A DNA stretch of 44,045 nucleotides. It comes from an uncultured virus (IMG/VR IMGVR_UViG_3300012012_002042) (lineage: Duplodnaviria; Heunggongvirae; Uroviricota; Caudoviricetes). The notes under the pieces are model-generated. The model was not told the origin of the DNA, did no database searches, and saw only the letters and a program-made list of their open reading frames with translations. Location: IMG/VR virus record IMGVR_UViG_3300012012_002042. One strand, written 5' to 3'. Positions 7,547-16,895 of the stretch are shown here, one piece after another; within the stretch, counting starts at the first letter, position 1; each line of letters opens with the position of its first letter. The position numbers and the translations under genes were made by a program.

Positions 7547-10252
7547 GTGTACGAATTCACAAAAATTGCATCCTCTGACAAAGCTGCGTGTGCAGACATC
7601 ATGCGACGGATTTACGAGGAGAATCCATTCCATTGGCCTCACGGCTGCAACATGGAATTGTTCGAACAATGCCCCGGTCAGGACGAGGTGTTCCTCATCA
7701 AGCATGCAGGAACGCCGGTCGGGTTTACCGGGTGGCAAGAACGTGATGAGCAGGGAGTGAAAATCGGGTATTACGCAATTGGCATTCTGCCCGAGCATCG
7801 GCGCAATGGATTCGCCCGCCAAGCAGTGGAGAAACTCATCAACACCAAACGTGCGGGTGTGGATCGTGTTCAGGCGGCAATTGTCAGGACGAATACTCCC
7901 TCCATGGAATTGGCGAAGCAATTGGATGACGTCGTGATCAAGGCGGCCGCGTGGAAGCCATTGGTAGGAGCCTTGGCAAATGCCGGAATTTGGGACGCCT
8001 TCATGCATCGCGGCAATTACACGGACACCTCCGATATGCCTGGCCGGCTGCTCATGGGCGGTGTCAATGCGGCTCTCGGAGCTGGTGGCGGAAAGTTGAT
8101 CGGCGAAGGGCGTCACGTAGAAGGTGCAGGCCTGCTGGCGCTTTCACCGGTGAAAGATTTGGCGGTCGGACTGCTGCCCTCGGTGCAGAAACTGCCGGGC
8201 ACGATCGATAATCTCAACAAGACATTGAATGCACCGCCCGCGGCACCAGCATTATCCTCAAAGGAGAAGCTGATGATTGCCGCCGGCCTCGGGCTTGGAG
8301 GACTGGGTATCGCTGGTGGAGCATACGCGTTGAGCCGTTCTGCAAAGCGAGTGGCTGATGCTCAGGATGCGGCGGCTGGCGGGCGTCTGCATGTGAAATT
8401 GCCCACACGAGATCCGAACGATCAGGAAACCACGTTCGATGTTCCTGTGGGCGATTCCCGTGTCTCACCGAATTTGGTGAATTTGATGTTCCGCGACACA
8501 CGCCGAAAACTGCGGCAGGAAACCAAGGAGCGCACGTGGCATCACGGCAAAGGGAAGCGAGTTTTGACGAATGCAGAGCCGCTGACTTCAGCAGAACAGG
8601 AGGAATTGGAAAAGAATTCCGCAGGCATCAAACCGTTTCCGATTCAGCCCCTCAAGTCTCAGCCATTTGCCAACTCCCTCGGCGGCGGCGGTGACGGAGA
8701 TCAGGAGAAGCAGCAGCGCATGATGGATGACCTGAAGTCGCAGCAGGAACAGCAGCAGAAAGAACACGAGCGGAAGTCCGGCGATCTCGAGCAGCGCCTA
8801 CAGAAGTCACAGCAGGAATACTCGGAGGCGAAGGCGGAATACGAAAAAAAGACCGTCGAAATGTCCCGTGAATTGGAGAAGACCAAATCCGAGGCGCAGA
8901 AATCGCGACAGAGTCTGGAAGAAGAGCACGCCAACTTCCAGAAAACCCGCAACGAATTGGAAAAGGCTCATCACGAATTGAGTTTGCAGAACAGTGTCCT
9001 GAAGCATCAGATCTCGATGAAGGACATGATCGCCACCACCGGTGCAGATCGCGGCGGACATCACGCCATGAATGCCGTGACGAAATCCGTCGAGGATCTG
9101 CACAAGCGCACACACAAGGCCCTGTATAAAGTGGCCGCCATGCACCCCGATTTTTTGAAGATGGCAGTCAACGGGATTCCAGCACCCAGACCCCCAACGC
9201 AGCCGGCTGACATCACGGCAGCCGATATCGCATCATCGCCCCATCCAGGACTCGAGCATGACAAAATGATGGCGGCGAGAAAATCTGACCCGCAACTGCA
9301 AGCACGAATAGCGACCAGGCGAATTGCAGCCGCGGCCGCACCAGCACCCGCACAACCCACCACTCCGTGGAAGCCCGAGCAGCCCGTCGCCAAGGAATTC
9401 AAATCCGCATTGCCGACCAATTTGCAGGATGAGGCGGAGTTCATGAAAAGCATGCCGGGAAGTGACTTCTCCAAGGCTGTGACGAATTATGCTTACACAC
9501 CTGCGTCAGGAAATCCGGACGTGGCCTACAATGATCAGGTCGGTGGCGAGGCCGGCGAGAACGATCCAAGCATTGGCGGCATGTGGAAACGGTTCAAAGG
9601 GCGAGCGGCGTCCAGCTGGGTGAAGGCGAAGAACTTCGCGCAGGATGTGCCGAAAACATTCCTCCGTAGTGCTCACCGGGGCATGGCGCAAATGGGTGAG
9701 GCTTACAACGCGTTTGATGGAGGGAATACTCCAACGGCCGCGATCAAACAATTCGCGGGAGGCGCTCTGGGGGCCACTCAGAATCTTGGATTAAACGTAG
9801 TCGGTGGAGTCGTCGGCCCTGCGATATCAGGCGTAGTAAATGCAGCCACGTCCGACTGGAAAACCCCCGGGACAGGAGATTATCTGGGCGCACCACAGAA
9901 GCCTACTCCGGCGCCGGCACCGCAACCCAAACCGTCCCCCTACACACCGCCTGAAGGCGTGGAACGTGCGGTCACAGCCTACGGCAATACTGGAGCACTC
10001 TCGATGCTCAACCGAGCGGGCTACGCCATCCCCGGTAATTTGCGCGGTTACGATCCGCGGACTGCAGCGATGCTCAATTACCCGGATCACCCGATGATTG
10101 GGAAAGGTCTCGGCATGCTTGGATCTTGGATGGGGACGCCAACACCTTCGCCGGAGATTCTTGGCGGTGTGACGGCGAACGAGGGAATGTCTGGCTCTCA
10201 GCGGCTGCAATATCTTCTCAGCCAGATCGGCCAGATAAATCCGCAATCGTAA
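7547..10252 (+). CDS. N-terminal GNAT acetyltransferase domain fused to a Gly/Ala-rich, coiled-coil, probable virion protein
   Basis: GNAT motif A (IGILPEHRRNGFARQAV) and motif B (N.PS..LA); Gly-zipper segments; Q/E/K coiled coil; Pro-rich linkers. Confidence 0.7.
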   Translation: MYEFTKIASSDKAACADIMRRIYEENPFHWPHGCNMELFEQCPGQDEVFLIKHAGTPVGFTGWQERDEQGVKIGYYAIGILPEHRRNGFARQAVEKLINTKRAGVDRVQAAIVRTNTPSMELAKQLDDVVIKAAAWKPLVGALANAGIWDAFMHRGNYTDTSDMPGRLLMGGVNAALGAGGGKLIGEGRHVEGAGLLALSPVKDLAVGLLPSVQKLPGTIDNLNKTLNAPPAAPALSSKEKLMIAAGLGLGGLGIAGGAYALSRSAKRVADAQDAAAGGRLHVKLPTRDPNDQETTFDVPVGDSRVSPNLVNLMFRDTRRKLRQETKERTWHHGKGKRVLTNAEPLTSAEQEELEKNSAGIKPFPIQPLKSQPFANSLGGGGDGDQEKQQRMMDDLKSQQEQQQKEHERKSGDLEQRLQKSQQEYSEAKAEYEKKTVEMSRELEKTKSEAQKSRQSLEEEHANFQKTRNELEKAHHELSLQNSVLKHQISMKDMIATTGADRGGHHAMNAVTKSVEDLHKRTHKALYKVAAMHPDFLKMAVNGIPAPRPPTQPADITAADIASSPHPGLEHDKMMAARKSDPQLQARIATRRIAAAAAPAPAQPTTPWKPEQPVAKEFKSALPTNLQDEAEFMKSMPGSDFSKAVTNYAYTPASGNPDVAYNDQVGGEAGENDPSIGGMWKRFKGRAASSWVKAKNFAQDVPKTFLRSAHRGMAQMGEAYNAFDGGNTPTAAIKQFAGGALGATQNLGLNVVGGVVGPAISGVVNAATSDWKTPGTGDYLGAPQKPTPAPAPQPKPSPYTPPEGVERAVTAYGNTGALSMLNRAGYAIPGNLRGYDPRTAAMLNYPDHPMIGKGLGMLGSWMGTPTPSPEILGGVTANEGMSGSQRLQYLLSQIGQINPQS

Positions 10253-10253
10253 A

Positions 10254-12188
10254 ATGGGGAAAACCATCACAGCATTGAGGCAGGGGAAAATCGATGAAGT
10301 CGACGATGACGAGGTCGATTATGATCTGCTCACGACGGATCAGCTTTACGCTACGAACATCAACCATATTCCGATGCCGAACGCGGTGCAGGCTCCGCGC
10401 TCATTTTACGGAGCACGCTTCATCAGTCAGGCCTGGCCGCTGAAACATCGGGAAGCGCCGCTCGTTCAGAATCTGAGGACTGGTACGAATGAGTCCTACG
10501 ACGATATTTACGGAGAATTCGCCGGCGCGGTGCGGGCACGGGAAAATGGGGAAATCATCGAAGCCTCGCCAGATCGGATTATTTTCAAAGGCGAGTCCGG
10601 CAAAGAACACGTGCACGACCTTTACAAGGACTTCATGTTCAACCGTAAATCGAGCGTCACTCAGAAGCCTGTGGTGGAAGCCGGCATGAAGGTAAAAAGA
10701 GGAGACCGCCTTGCTGCATCGAATTACACCGATGACAAAGGGACTCTGGCCATGGGGACGAATGCGCGCGTGGCGCTGATCCCTTACAAGGGGTGGACCA
10801 TGGACGATGCCACAGCCATCTCGGACAGTTTCGCCAAGCGGTTGACTTCGGAAATGACGCACTCCCACAAGCAGGAGTTCGATGATGACGTCAAAGGTGG
10901 TGTGAATCATTTCATCTCCCTGTTCCCGACCGTGTTCAAGAAGGAGCAGATCACCAATTTGGATGAGCACGGAGTGGCCAAAGTCGGCACGATATTGAAC
11001 ACTGGAGATCCGATGGTGTTGGCCACGGCTCCTCGGGTGATGACTGCCCGTGATGCGAATGTCGGTAAGTTGTCGAGGACGTTGCAGCAGACGCGAAAGA
11101 ATGCATCTACCACGTGGGATTTCGAAGACCCGGGTGTGGTGACCGATGTGGCTCACACGAGGAAGGGCAGCAAAATCGTGGTGAAGTCGTATTCGCCGGC
11201 GAAGGTCGGGGATAAGATCGTGCTGCGCACTGGTCAGAAACAGATCATTTCCAAGATTCTACCGGACGATCAGATGCTACGCGGCGTGGACGGAAAGCCC
11301 GTGGATCTTCTGCTCAACCAGCTCGGGTTGCCGAGCCGGGTCAATGCATCCCTGCCGTATGAATTGGCGCTGGGGAAAATCGCCAGGAAGATGGGGCAGC
11401 CGTTCAAATTGAATGCCTTCAACGAGGAAGGCACCTCTCGCCAACGTCAAGTGGAAGACCTGCTCAAACAGCATGGCGTGAGTTTTGAGGAGGAAGTTTT
11501 CGATCCAGTTTCCAACACGAAAATCGATCGGCCAATTTCGGTGGGCGACGGCTACGTGATGAAGCTGGTGCACTCAGGGGAGTTGAAGAAGTCCTCCCGC
11601 GGCGTCGGATCCTACGACAGCGACATGCAACCTCTGCGTGGCGGCAGTGCTGGCGGACAATCGAAACGCGTATCAGGCCTTGAACAATCCGCTTATCTCG
11701 CGGCCGGCGCATATGCCACCCAGCGTGAAAATGCCACTCTGCGCGGCACCAGGAGCGATGAATATTGGCGGCAAGTTCGTGCAGGGGAAACTCCGGCGGA
11801 ACCAGGGGAGCCATTTGTGTGGAAGAAGTTTCAGGCGCTGCTTTGCGGGTCGGGAATGTTCGCCAAGAAGCTGGGCAAGGGGCGGCTCCGTCTCGGACCG
11901 ATGACCGACAAAATTCTGGCACAGCAAAATCCGGTCGAATTGAAAAATGGCGAGCTGGTGGATTTGAACAATTTTGAACCCATCAGCGGGGGATTATTCG
12001 ATCCGGCACTCGTCGGAGGTTCAAAGTGGGGTCGCATATCGCTCCCCAAATCGCTACCCAACCCGGCGTTCGAAAATAGCATCAGGACACTCCTATCGAT
12101 CACGAAGAAAGAATTTGATGGAATAATTTCTGGCAAAGTGCACATTGGCCCTGATGGTAAAGTCATCAAAGTCCGCGAAGAGAGATAA
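10254..12188 (+). CDS. Phage multisubunit RNA polymerase piece: beta C-terminal half fused to the beta-prime N-terminus
   Basis: Beta motifs QAWPL..EAPLV, LAMGTNARVA..PYKGWTMDDA..IS, GDKIVLRTGQK, LLNQLGLPSRVN, YVMKLVH and GGQSKRVSGLE..A..A.GA, followed by beta-prime-like GPMTD, GEL, EPISGGLFDP, WGRISLP. Confidence 0.9.
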   Translation: MGKTITALRQGKIDEVDDDEVDYDLLTTDQLYATNINHIPMPNAVQAPRSFYGARFISQAWPLKHREAPLVQNLRTGTNESYDDIYGEFAGAVRARENGEIIEASPDRIIFKGESGKEHVHDLYKDFMFNRKSSVTQKPVVEAGMKVKRGDRLAASNYTDDKGTLAMGTNARVALIPYKGWTMDDATAISDSFAKRLTSEMTHSHKQEFDDDVKGGVNHFISLFPTVFKKEQITNLDEHGVAKVGTILNTGDPMVLATAPRVMTARDANVGKLSRTLQQTRKNASTTWDFEDPGVVTDVAHTRKGSKIVVKSYSPAKVGDKIVLRTGQKQIISKILPDDQMLRGVDGKPVDLLLNQLGLPSRVNASLPYELALGKIARKMGQPFKLNAFNEEGTSRQRQVEDLLKQHGVSFEEEVFDPVSNTKIDRPISVGDGYVMKLVHSGELKKSSRGVGSYDSDMQPLRGGSAGGQSKRVSGLEQSAYLAAGAYATQRENATLRGTRSDEYWRQVRAGETPAEPGEPFVWKKFQALLCGSGMFAKKLGKGRLRLGPMTDKILAQQNPVELKNGELVDLNNFEPISGGLFDPALVGGSKWGRISLPKSLPNPAFENSIRTLLSITKKEFDGIISGKVHIGPDGKVIKVREER

Positions 12189-12804
12189 GGCAATTTACGC
12201 CAAGAAGTATCGAAAGCGCCATCGTAGCATCCTGCTGAAGAAAAAGGCCGATTACAGGAAGAAACATCGGGCTGAGTTAGCGGCCAAACAACTCAAATAC
12301 AGGAATGAAAACCTGGAGGAGTGCCGTGCGCGGGACAGGGATTACGCGAGTAAAAATAAGACAGCCAGTAAAATTAGACTTAAACTGTGGCGGAAGGCCA
12401 AAAAAGATGATCCTGAATATATCGAGAAGCGACGAAAAGAGCGAATCCGATACCGGAAAAGAAAAACCTTTTTGATATTAGAACGCTGTAAAGTAGATCC
12501 TGCGTATCATTTGCTAAAAAAGATGCGGGCGCGCGTAGGGATCGCAATCAGAACAGCAAAGGCTAGGAAATCCGCACGAACAATGGAGTTGGTAGGCTGC
12601 ACCGTTTCGGAGTTGGTAAGCCACATCGAATCCAAATTCGCAGCAGGAATGTCATGGGCCAACAGAAGTGAATGGCATCTGGACCACATAAAGCCGTGCG
12701 CCAAATTCGATCTGACTGACCCAAAGCAGCAACTAGAGTGCTTCAATTTTCGAAACATTCAACCCCTCTGGAAGCTGGACAATTTGAGGAAGGGTTCCAA
12801 GTGA
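12145..12804 (+). CDS. HNH homing endonuclease with basic N-terminal region
   Basis: ELVGCT..EL..HIESKF..GMSW.N..EWHLDHIKPC..FDL......CFNF.N.QPLW..DNL.KG; K/R-rich N-terminus; lower GC than neighbours. The start may be ATG 12154. Confidence 0.9.
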   Translation: MALMVKSSKSAKRDKAIYAKKYRKRHRSILLKKKADYRKKHRAELAAKQLKYRNENLEECRARDRDYASKNKTASKIRLKLWRKAKKDDPEYIEKRRKERIRYRKRKTFLILERCKVDPAYHLLKKMRARVGIAIRTAKARKSARTMELVGCTVSELVSHIESKFAAGMSWANRSEWHLDHIKPCAKFDLTDPKQQLECFNFRNIQPLWKLDNLRKGSK

Positions 12805-12837
12805 AATAAGCCCCCCAAGCGCGGTATATGAGAATGA
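12801..12837 (+). promoter_or_regulatory. Putative phage promoter motif (copy 2)
   Basis: GTGAAATA-agccccccaag-CGCGG-TATATGAG-aa-TGA, matching 5526-5562. Confidence 0.65.
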
Positions 12838-12963
12838 CAGCAGGAGGTTTACCCCTTCCCAAGTCCTTGGATTTACCGCCCCCTGAGGCGAGTCCACGAT
12901 CAACTCACACCAGGGGCGTTCACGAAAACCCGGCAACCCCGGGGAACGCGTCAGTACACGTCC

Positions 12964-13308
12964 ATGCTTAAATCCGCATACGAACTCACCGAGGCCGCAC
13001 AGGCCCGGCTCGTGAAAATCGAGAACACCCGCAACTCGGTCAACAACGGCGTCGCTCTCGGCGCCGGGTGGATCCTCACCGCAGTCGCCGGCGCCCTCGG
13101 GGCGGGGGTCGCGGTCACCCACGCGGTGACCAACGCCGCAGCGGCCACCGCCACGAAAGTGGTGGTCGCGGCGGACGTGCGCGCGCAGAAGCGCGCCATC
13201 CGCAGGGCCCAGGCCGCCCGCCTCCGGGCGGAGCGCCTCGAGGAGGAGGCCGCCGGCCTCCGCGCCTTCGTGGCGCAGGCCCAGCAGACCTTCGGCCCCG
13301 GGGTGTAG
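12964..13308 (+). CDS. GC-rich small Ala-rich protein with a hydrophobic segment and C-terminal helix
   Basis: 114 aa; VALGAGWILTAVAGALGAGVAV; very high GC3; flanked by the promoter motif and a terminator. Confidence 0.7.
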   Translation: MLKSAYELTEAAQARLVKIENTRNSVNNGVALGAGWILTAVAGALGAGVAVTHAVTNAAAATATKVVVAADVRAQKRAIRRAQAARLRAERLEEEAAGLRAFVAQAQQTFGPGV

Positions 13309-13390
13309 TCCCAATTAAAGTCCTGGCGCGTGCCAGGCGCCCCACAGATCCGCCAACTTCAAACGTGCGGGGTGGGGTAGGGTAAAGCGG

Positions 13391-13422
13391 AGCCGGGAGT
13401 GAAAACTCCCGGCTTTCGTTTT
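13391..13422 (+). terminator. Intrinsic terminator
   Basis: AGCCGGGAGT-GAAA-ACTCCCGGCT 10-bp stem followed by TTCGTTTT. Confidence 0.85.
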
Positions 13423-13449
13423 ATCTACGGACGGTGTAGAGTTCGCGGC

Positions 13450-13974
13450 ATGTCCCAATTTCTCCGCAAACTAAACGAGGAAGCTGCCTCGGTAAAAAAC
13501 GCTGAATTCGACCTGCACGGGTGGCAGATCCCAGCTGCTGCCGCCGCCATGCCCATTCTCGCCACCGCGGGTATGGGCGCGGTTGGTGGAGCCGTATCTC
13601 CACGGGGTTCCGGCTTTTTACCTGGCGCTGCTCGGGGAGCCGGTGTCGGCATCGGCGCTGAGCTCGGAGCGATCGGGGGGAATTACGCGGGGGACGCTTT
13701 GGACGCGGCGGGACACCAGCATCTTGGCATGGCTGCCCGAATTCTCTCACCCATCATTGCAGGCTACGCTGGGTATCGTGCAGCCAAGAGGTTGACGAAG
13801 ACGCGGGAGGAGGAATTGCGCGAAGCGATGCTGAAGTGGTATGGGAGCGAGAGGAATTACGGGGCAGAACCTTCTGGGCCGCCGCAGACGGCGGACACCG
13901 GCTTCAAGCTGGCTGCCGCAAAAATACCCATCCACTTGTTGATGCTGGAGCGGATGATGAGTCGAGGACGATAA
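13450..13974 (+). CDS. Glycine-zipper protein, probable virion component
   Basis: GMGAVGGA, GAARGAGVGIGAELGAIGG repeats; similar style to 7547-10252. Confidence 0.6.
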   Translation: MSQFLRKLNEEAASVKNAEFDLHGWQIPAAAAAMPILATAGMGAVGGAVSPRGSGFLPGAARGAGVGIGAELGAIGGNYAGDALDAAGHQHLGMAARILSPIIAGYAGYRAAKRLTKTREEELREAMLKWYGSERNYGAEPSGPPQTADTGFKLAAAKIPIHLLMLERMMSRGR

Positions 13975-14029
13975 ACCCAATTGCAGATAATTGTTGCAAT
14001 TGGAAAAATAAACCATAACTAATTGCAAC

Positions 14030-14332
14030 ATGAAGACAAACTACGATTGGAAGCCAATGCCCGCACTTCCCGGTGCTGTGCCTGTATCCTACCTGATCGG
14101 CGGAAACGAAGTCCCGGCAACCGCCTTGCATTTCCTCACCAGCGATGACATCACGCACTACCGCTTGGTGGCTGCGCCGATGCGCGCGGTCGGCGACGCG
14201 CCGGCCAGTGAAAATACGCCAACGGTCCAAACTCTGAGCAGGCGTCAGGTTCAGCCTTGGTATGGCGCGAGTCAGCTCGCCGTTGAGCCTGCGGAGATTT
14301 CCGCCTTCTGGGAAGCCAAAGGCGTCGAATAA
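14030..14332 (+). CDS. Hypothetical protein
   Basis: ORF between an AT-rich intergenic region and a terminator. Confidence 0.65.
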   Translation: MKTNYDWKPMPALPGAVPVSYLIGGNEVPATALHFLTSDDITHYRLVAAPMRAVGDAPASENTPTVQTLSRRQVQPWYGASQLAVEPAEISAFWEAKGVE

Positions 14333-14350
14333 ACTCAAGAGGTTTTACAG

Positions 14351-14385
14351 AAAGGGGACGTCCATTGAAAGGGCGTCCCCTTTTT
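14351..14385 (+). terminator. Intrinsic terminator (possibly bidirectional)
   Basis: AAAGGGGACGTCC-loop-GGGCGTCCCCTTTTT. Confidence 0.8.
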
Positions 14386-14392
14386 CGTCCCT

Positions 14393-14914
14393 ATGAACAA
14401 AGCTTGGTTCAATTCCGTATTCAGGCATGGGAGACTTGCGTTTGCGCAAGGCGAGTGGAGAAATCTGAACCCCTACGATCCCGTCACTCTCCAGGCAGAC
14501 TGGATGGACTGGGACGAGGGCTGGTGTGCTGGCTTCGATGAGAATGCCGCAAAGCTCATGCGTACGCAGATGAGGGATTGCGGGGAAGTGCTTCTGTATT
14601 TGAAGGGTGACACGCTGCACGGACATGGAGACAATTATTACCAGCCGACAGGGCTCAACATGTCCAATTTCCGGCAAAAGTTTACGAGCGCGGAAGAAGC
14701 AGAACGCCACGGTAATCTCATTCTCTGGACACATGACAACCACCTTCCTGGCTGGTTCGTGAAACTCTGCCGGAGAATCATTTTGAGGCTGGCTAGGCGT
14801 TCGACGTATTTCCGGCAAATCGCGAAAGCTAAAGCGGTGTGCGTCTGCGGCAACTTGAAGGTGATTCTGAATGCTTGCCCACGTCACAGCATGGAATCCA
14901 GACTCCCGTTATGA
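14393..14914 (+). CDS. Hypothetical protein
   Basis: 173 aa ORF with ATGA overlap to the next gene. Confidence 0.55.
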   Translation: MNKAWFNSVFRHGRLAFAQGEWRNLNPYDPVTLQADWMDWDEGWCAGFDENAAKLMRTQMRDCGEVLLYLKGDTLHGHGDNYYQPTGLNMSNFRQKFTSAEEAERHGNLILWTHDNHLPGWFVKLCRRIILRLARRSTYFRQIAKAKAVCVCGNLKVILNACPRHSMESRLPL

Positions 14915-15321
14915 CCACTCCGAATCAGATCGCGCAGGCGAAAAAGTTCGCGGAGGAATGTGAGGAACTGCCGACGGTGGTCCAGGGTCAAGTGGACGAT
15001 TGGGGTGACGATGGGTCGTTCTCAATTTTCGTGACTGTGACATTGCCGTCCATGCAGGATGTCGGGATAGTGCCCTCGAAGCTACGGAAGCCGGCGCTGA
15101 TGCACAAAATCCAGGCGCTGATTCGTAAACTCGGTGGGCATTACGAATGGCACCAGGGGCCGCGGATGACATACCAGCGGATTGATGGGAGGAAATATCG
15201 AGATGGGTATGACACCAACCAGTATCATCTCAGTGTGCGATTCGATGACATGACTCCGGAGCCGGAGAAACCAAAACCAAAATACGCCTGCCTGGCCGAC
15301 GTGCCGGAGGATGAACGCTAA
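14911..15321 (+). CDS. Hypothetical protein
   Basis: ATGA-coupled start at 14911. Confidence 0.6.
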   Translation: MTTPNQIAQAKKFAEECEELPTVVQGQVDDWGDDGSFSIFVTVTLPSMQDVGIVPSKLRKPALMHKIQALIRKLGGHYEWHQGPRMTYQRIDGRKYRDGYDTNQYHLSVRFDDMTPEPEKPKPKYACLADVPEDER

Positions 15322-15327
15322 AATATT

Positions 15328-16434
15328 ATGAAAGCAACCGTATCGAAAAATCTGATGGTCAGCGCGCTGGGAACATTGAACAAGGCATTCGCCAAACAGC
15401 GAAGTTCTCTGCCGGTTCTGAACCACGTGAATATTCAAGTGGGAGCGGAGGGGTTTACCCTGACCCGCACAGACTTGGACATGATGGTGATTGTGAAATG
15501 TCCAGCGACCGTGCAGGACGACTGGCGTGGTGATTTCTGTGTCCCGGCTCAGAAGATGGAACAGGTCATCGCCAGCATGCCAGGTGACACAGTGGAAATG
15601 GAAATGGAGCGTCTTACAGTCAGGTTCCGCAGCGAGAAATATTATGTCGAGATGTGTATCCTGCCTGGTGATGAATTCCCGGTGACTTCTGCGTCCGTTA
15701 TGGATGGGATTCACTTTCAGGTTGCGGCGGATGTTCTGCACCAGAGCCTTTCCCGTGTGAGTCCCGCTGTGGGAGATAGCGCGATATCCCACAACGGCGT
15801 GTGGTTTTCATTCCGTAATTCCAAACTGAATCTGTATGCCATGGATGCACGCCGCTGCCATGCGGAGAATAACGTGTTGTCGTCAATTGACGCTGCAAAT
15901 AATGACACGCTGATCCGAGAGGATCGTGTGAAAGCGTTTCAGATCGCCCTCGCCCTCGCGTCTGGAGATGTCGAGTTGATCGTTTCCGATACTTTCATCG
16001 TGTTGTGCACAGCGGATGTGACCGTGGCTTCTCGGGGTATGCGATTAGGGATGCCAGGGTTTGACAGAATCTTGGCGAAAGGTCATGTCACAGATTCTCT
16101 GCATGTGGATCCGACCGTCCTGGCCGAGGCCCTGAAGCGGGTCATGCTGATCGCCCCGGTGGACAAGCCTAGGGTGAAATTGGCTGTCGTGCGTGGAAGT
16201 AACTACTTATCCCTGACGTGTGAGAACGCCAATGTGGGTGACGCCCTCGAACGCGTGCCGATTAAGGAGTGGCAGGGGAATGATTTGCACATTACCCTCA
16301 ATGCACGATACTTGCTGGATGCTGTGCGGGTGGTTGACAAATTGCAAATGGTGAAGATCGATCTCAGCGGCCAGGAACCCGTTCATATTTCCGCAGATGA
16401 TTACCACGCTGTGATTGCCAGCATTCGCCAATGA
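15328..16434 (+). CDS. dnaN: DNA polymerase III beta sliding clamp homolog
   Basis: 368 aa; MKATVSK..., LPVLNHVNI, LTRTDLD, FCVPA, DEFP, AMDARR, LNARYLLDA, VIASIR C-terminus, all matching the DnaN pattern. Confidence 0.9.
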   Translation: MKATVSKNLMVSALGTLNKAFAKQRSSLPVLNHVNIQVGAEGFTLTRTDLDMMVIVKCPATVQDDWRGDFCVPAQKMEQVIASMPGDTVEMEMERLTVRFRSEKYYVEMCILPGDEFPVTSASVMDGIHFQVAADVLHQSLSRVSPAVGDSAISHNGVWFSFRNSKLNLYAMDARRCHAENNVLSSIDAANNDTLIREDRVKAFQIALALASGDVELIVSDTFIVLCTADVTVASRGMRLGMPGFDRILAKGHVTDSLHVDPTVLAEALKRVMLIAPVDKPRVKLAVVRGSNYLSLTCENANVGDALERVPIKEWQGNDLHITLNARYLLDAVRVVDKLQMVKIDLSGQEPVHISADDYHAVIASIRQ

Positions 16435-16895
16435 CGCAGCATACTCTGGACAAGCTGAAAGGGATCGCCAACAGCACGGGCTCGATGATGCTGAACTTCT
16501 CGCTCCCTGATACGTGCAAGGGTATTATTTGCGGCCAAGTCGATCAATTGAACGAGATCATTGCAGACGCAGAACGCGTCGACGCGCCCGCGGTATTATT
16601 CGTCTGCGGAGGTGTGTATGGGAAACCGCCGGACGAGAAATTCGCATTTGCCTCACCATCCGGCGCAGGCGCTCTGCCCTATGTGGCTGCACAACCGGAG
16701 GCGCTACAACTCTTCTGCCTGTGCGCGCATCACTCGTCGCTGTATCAGATAAACAAGGACTTCACCAAGGTCCACCTGGAAGTGCGAGGAAACGAGTGGT
16801 GGGACGTGACCAGGCATCCGAAGCAAGTGGACCTGACCCCCGAGCAGCAAACAATTCTGAGGGAGGCAGCGAAAAAGCCGTGGATGAAATCGTAA
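16431..16895 (+). CDS. Hypothetical protein
   Basis: ATGA overlap with dnaN. Confidence 0.55.
   Translation: MTQHTLDKLKGIANSTGSMMLNFSLPDTCKGIICGQVDQLNEIIADAERVDAPAVLFVCGGVYGKPPDEKFAFASPSGAGALPYVAAQPEALQLFCLCAHHSSLYQINKDFTKVHLEVRGNEWWDVTRHPKQVDLTPEQQTILREAAKKPWMKS

Noticed and set aside
12145..12960. Group I intron carrying the HNH gene within the RNAP gene
   Set aside because: No downstream RNAP exon follows and I could not identify group I core elements. It is treated as a free-standing endonuclease.
16514..16879. N-terminal 122 aa of the 560-aa ORF call
   Set aside because: It overlaps gene 16431-16895 in another frame and looks non-coding. The PP-loop domain begins just after GTG 16880.
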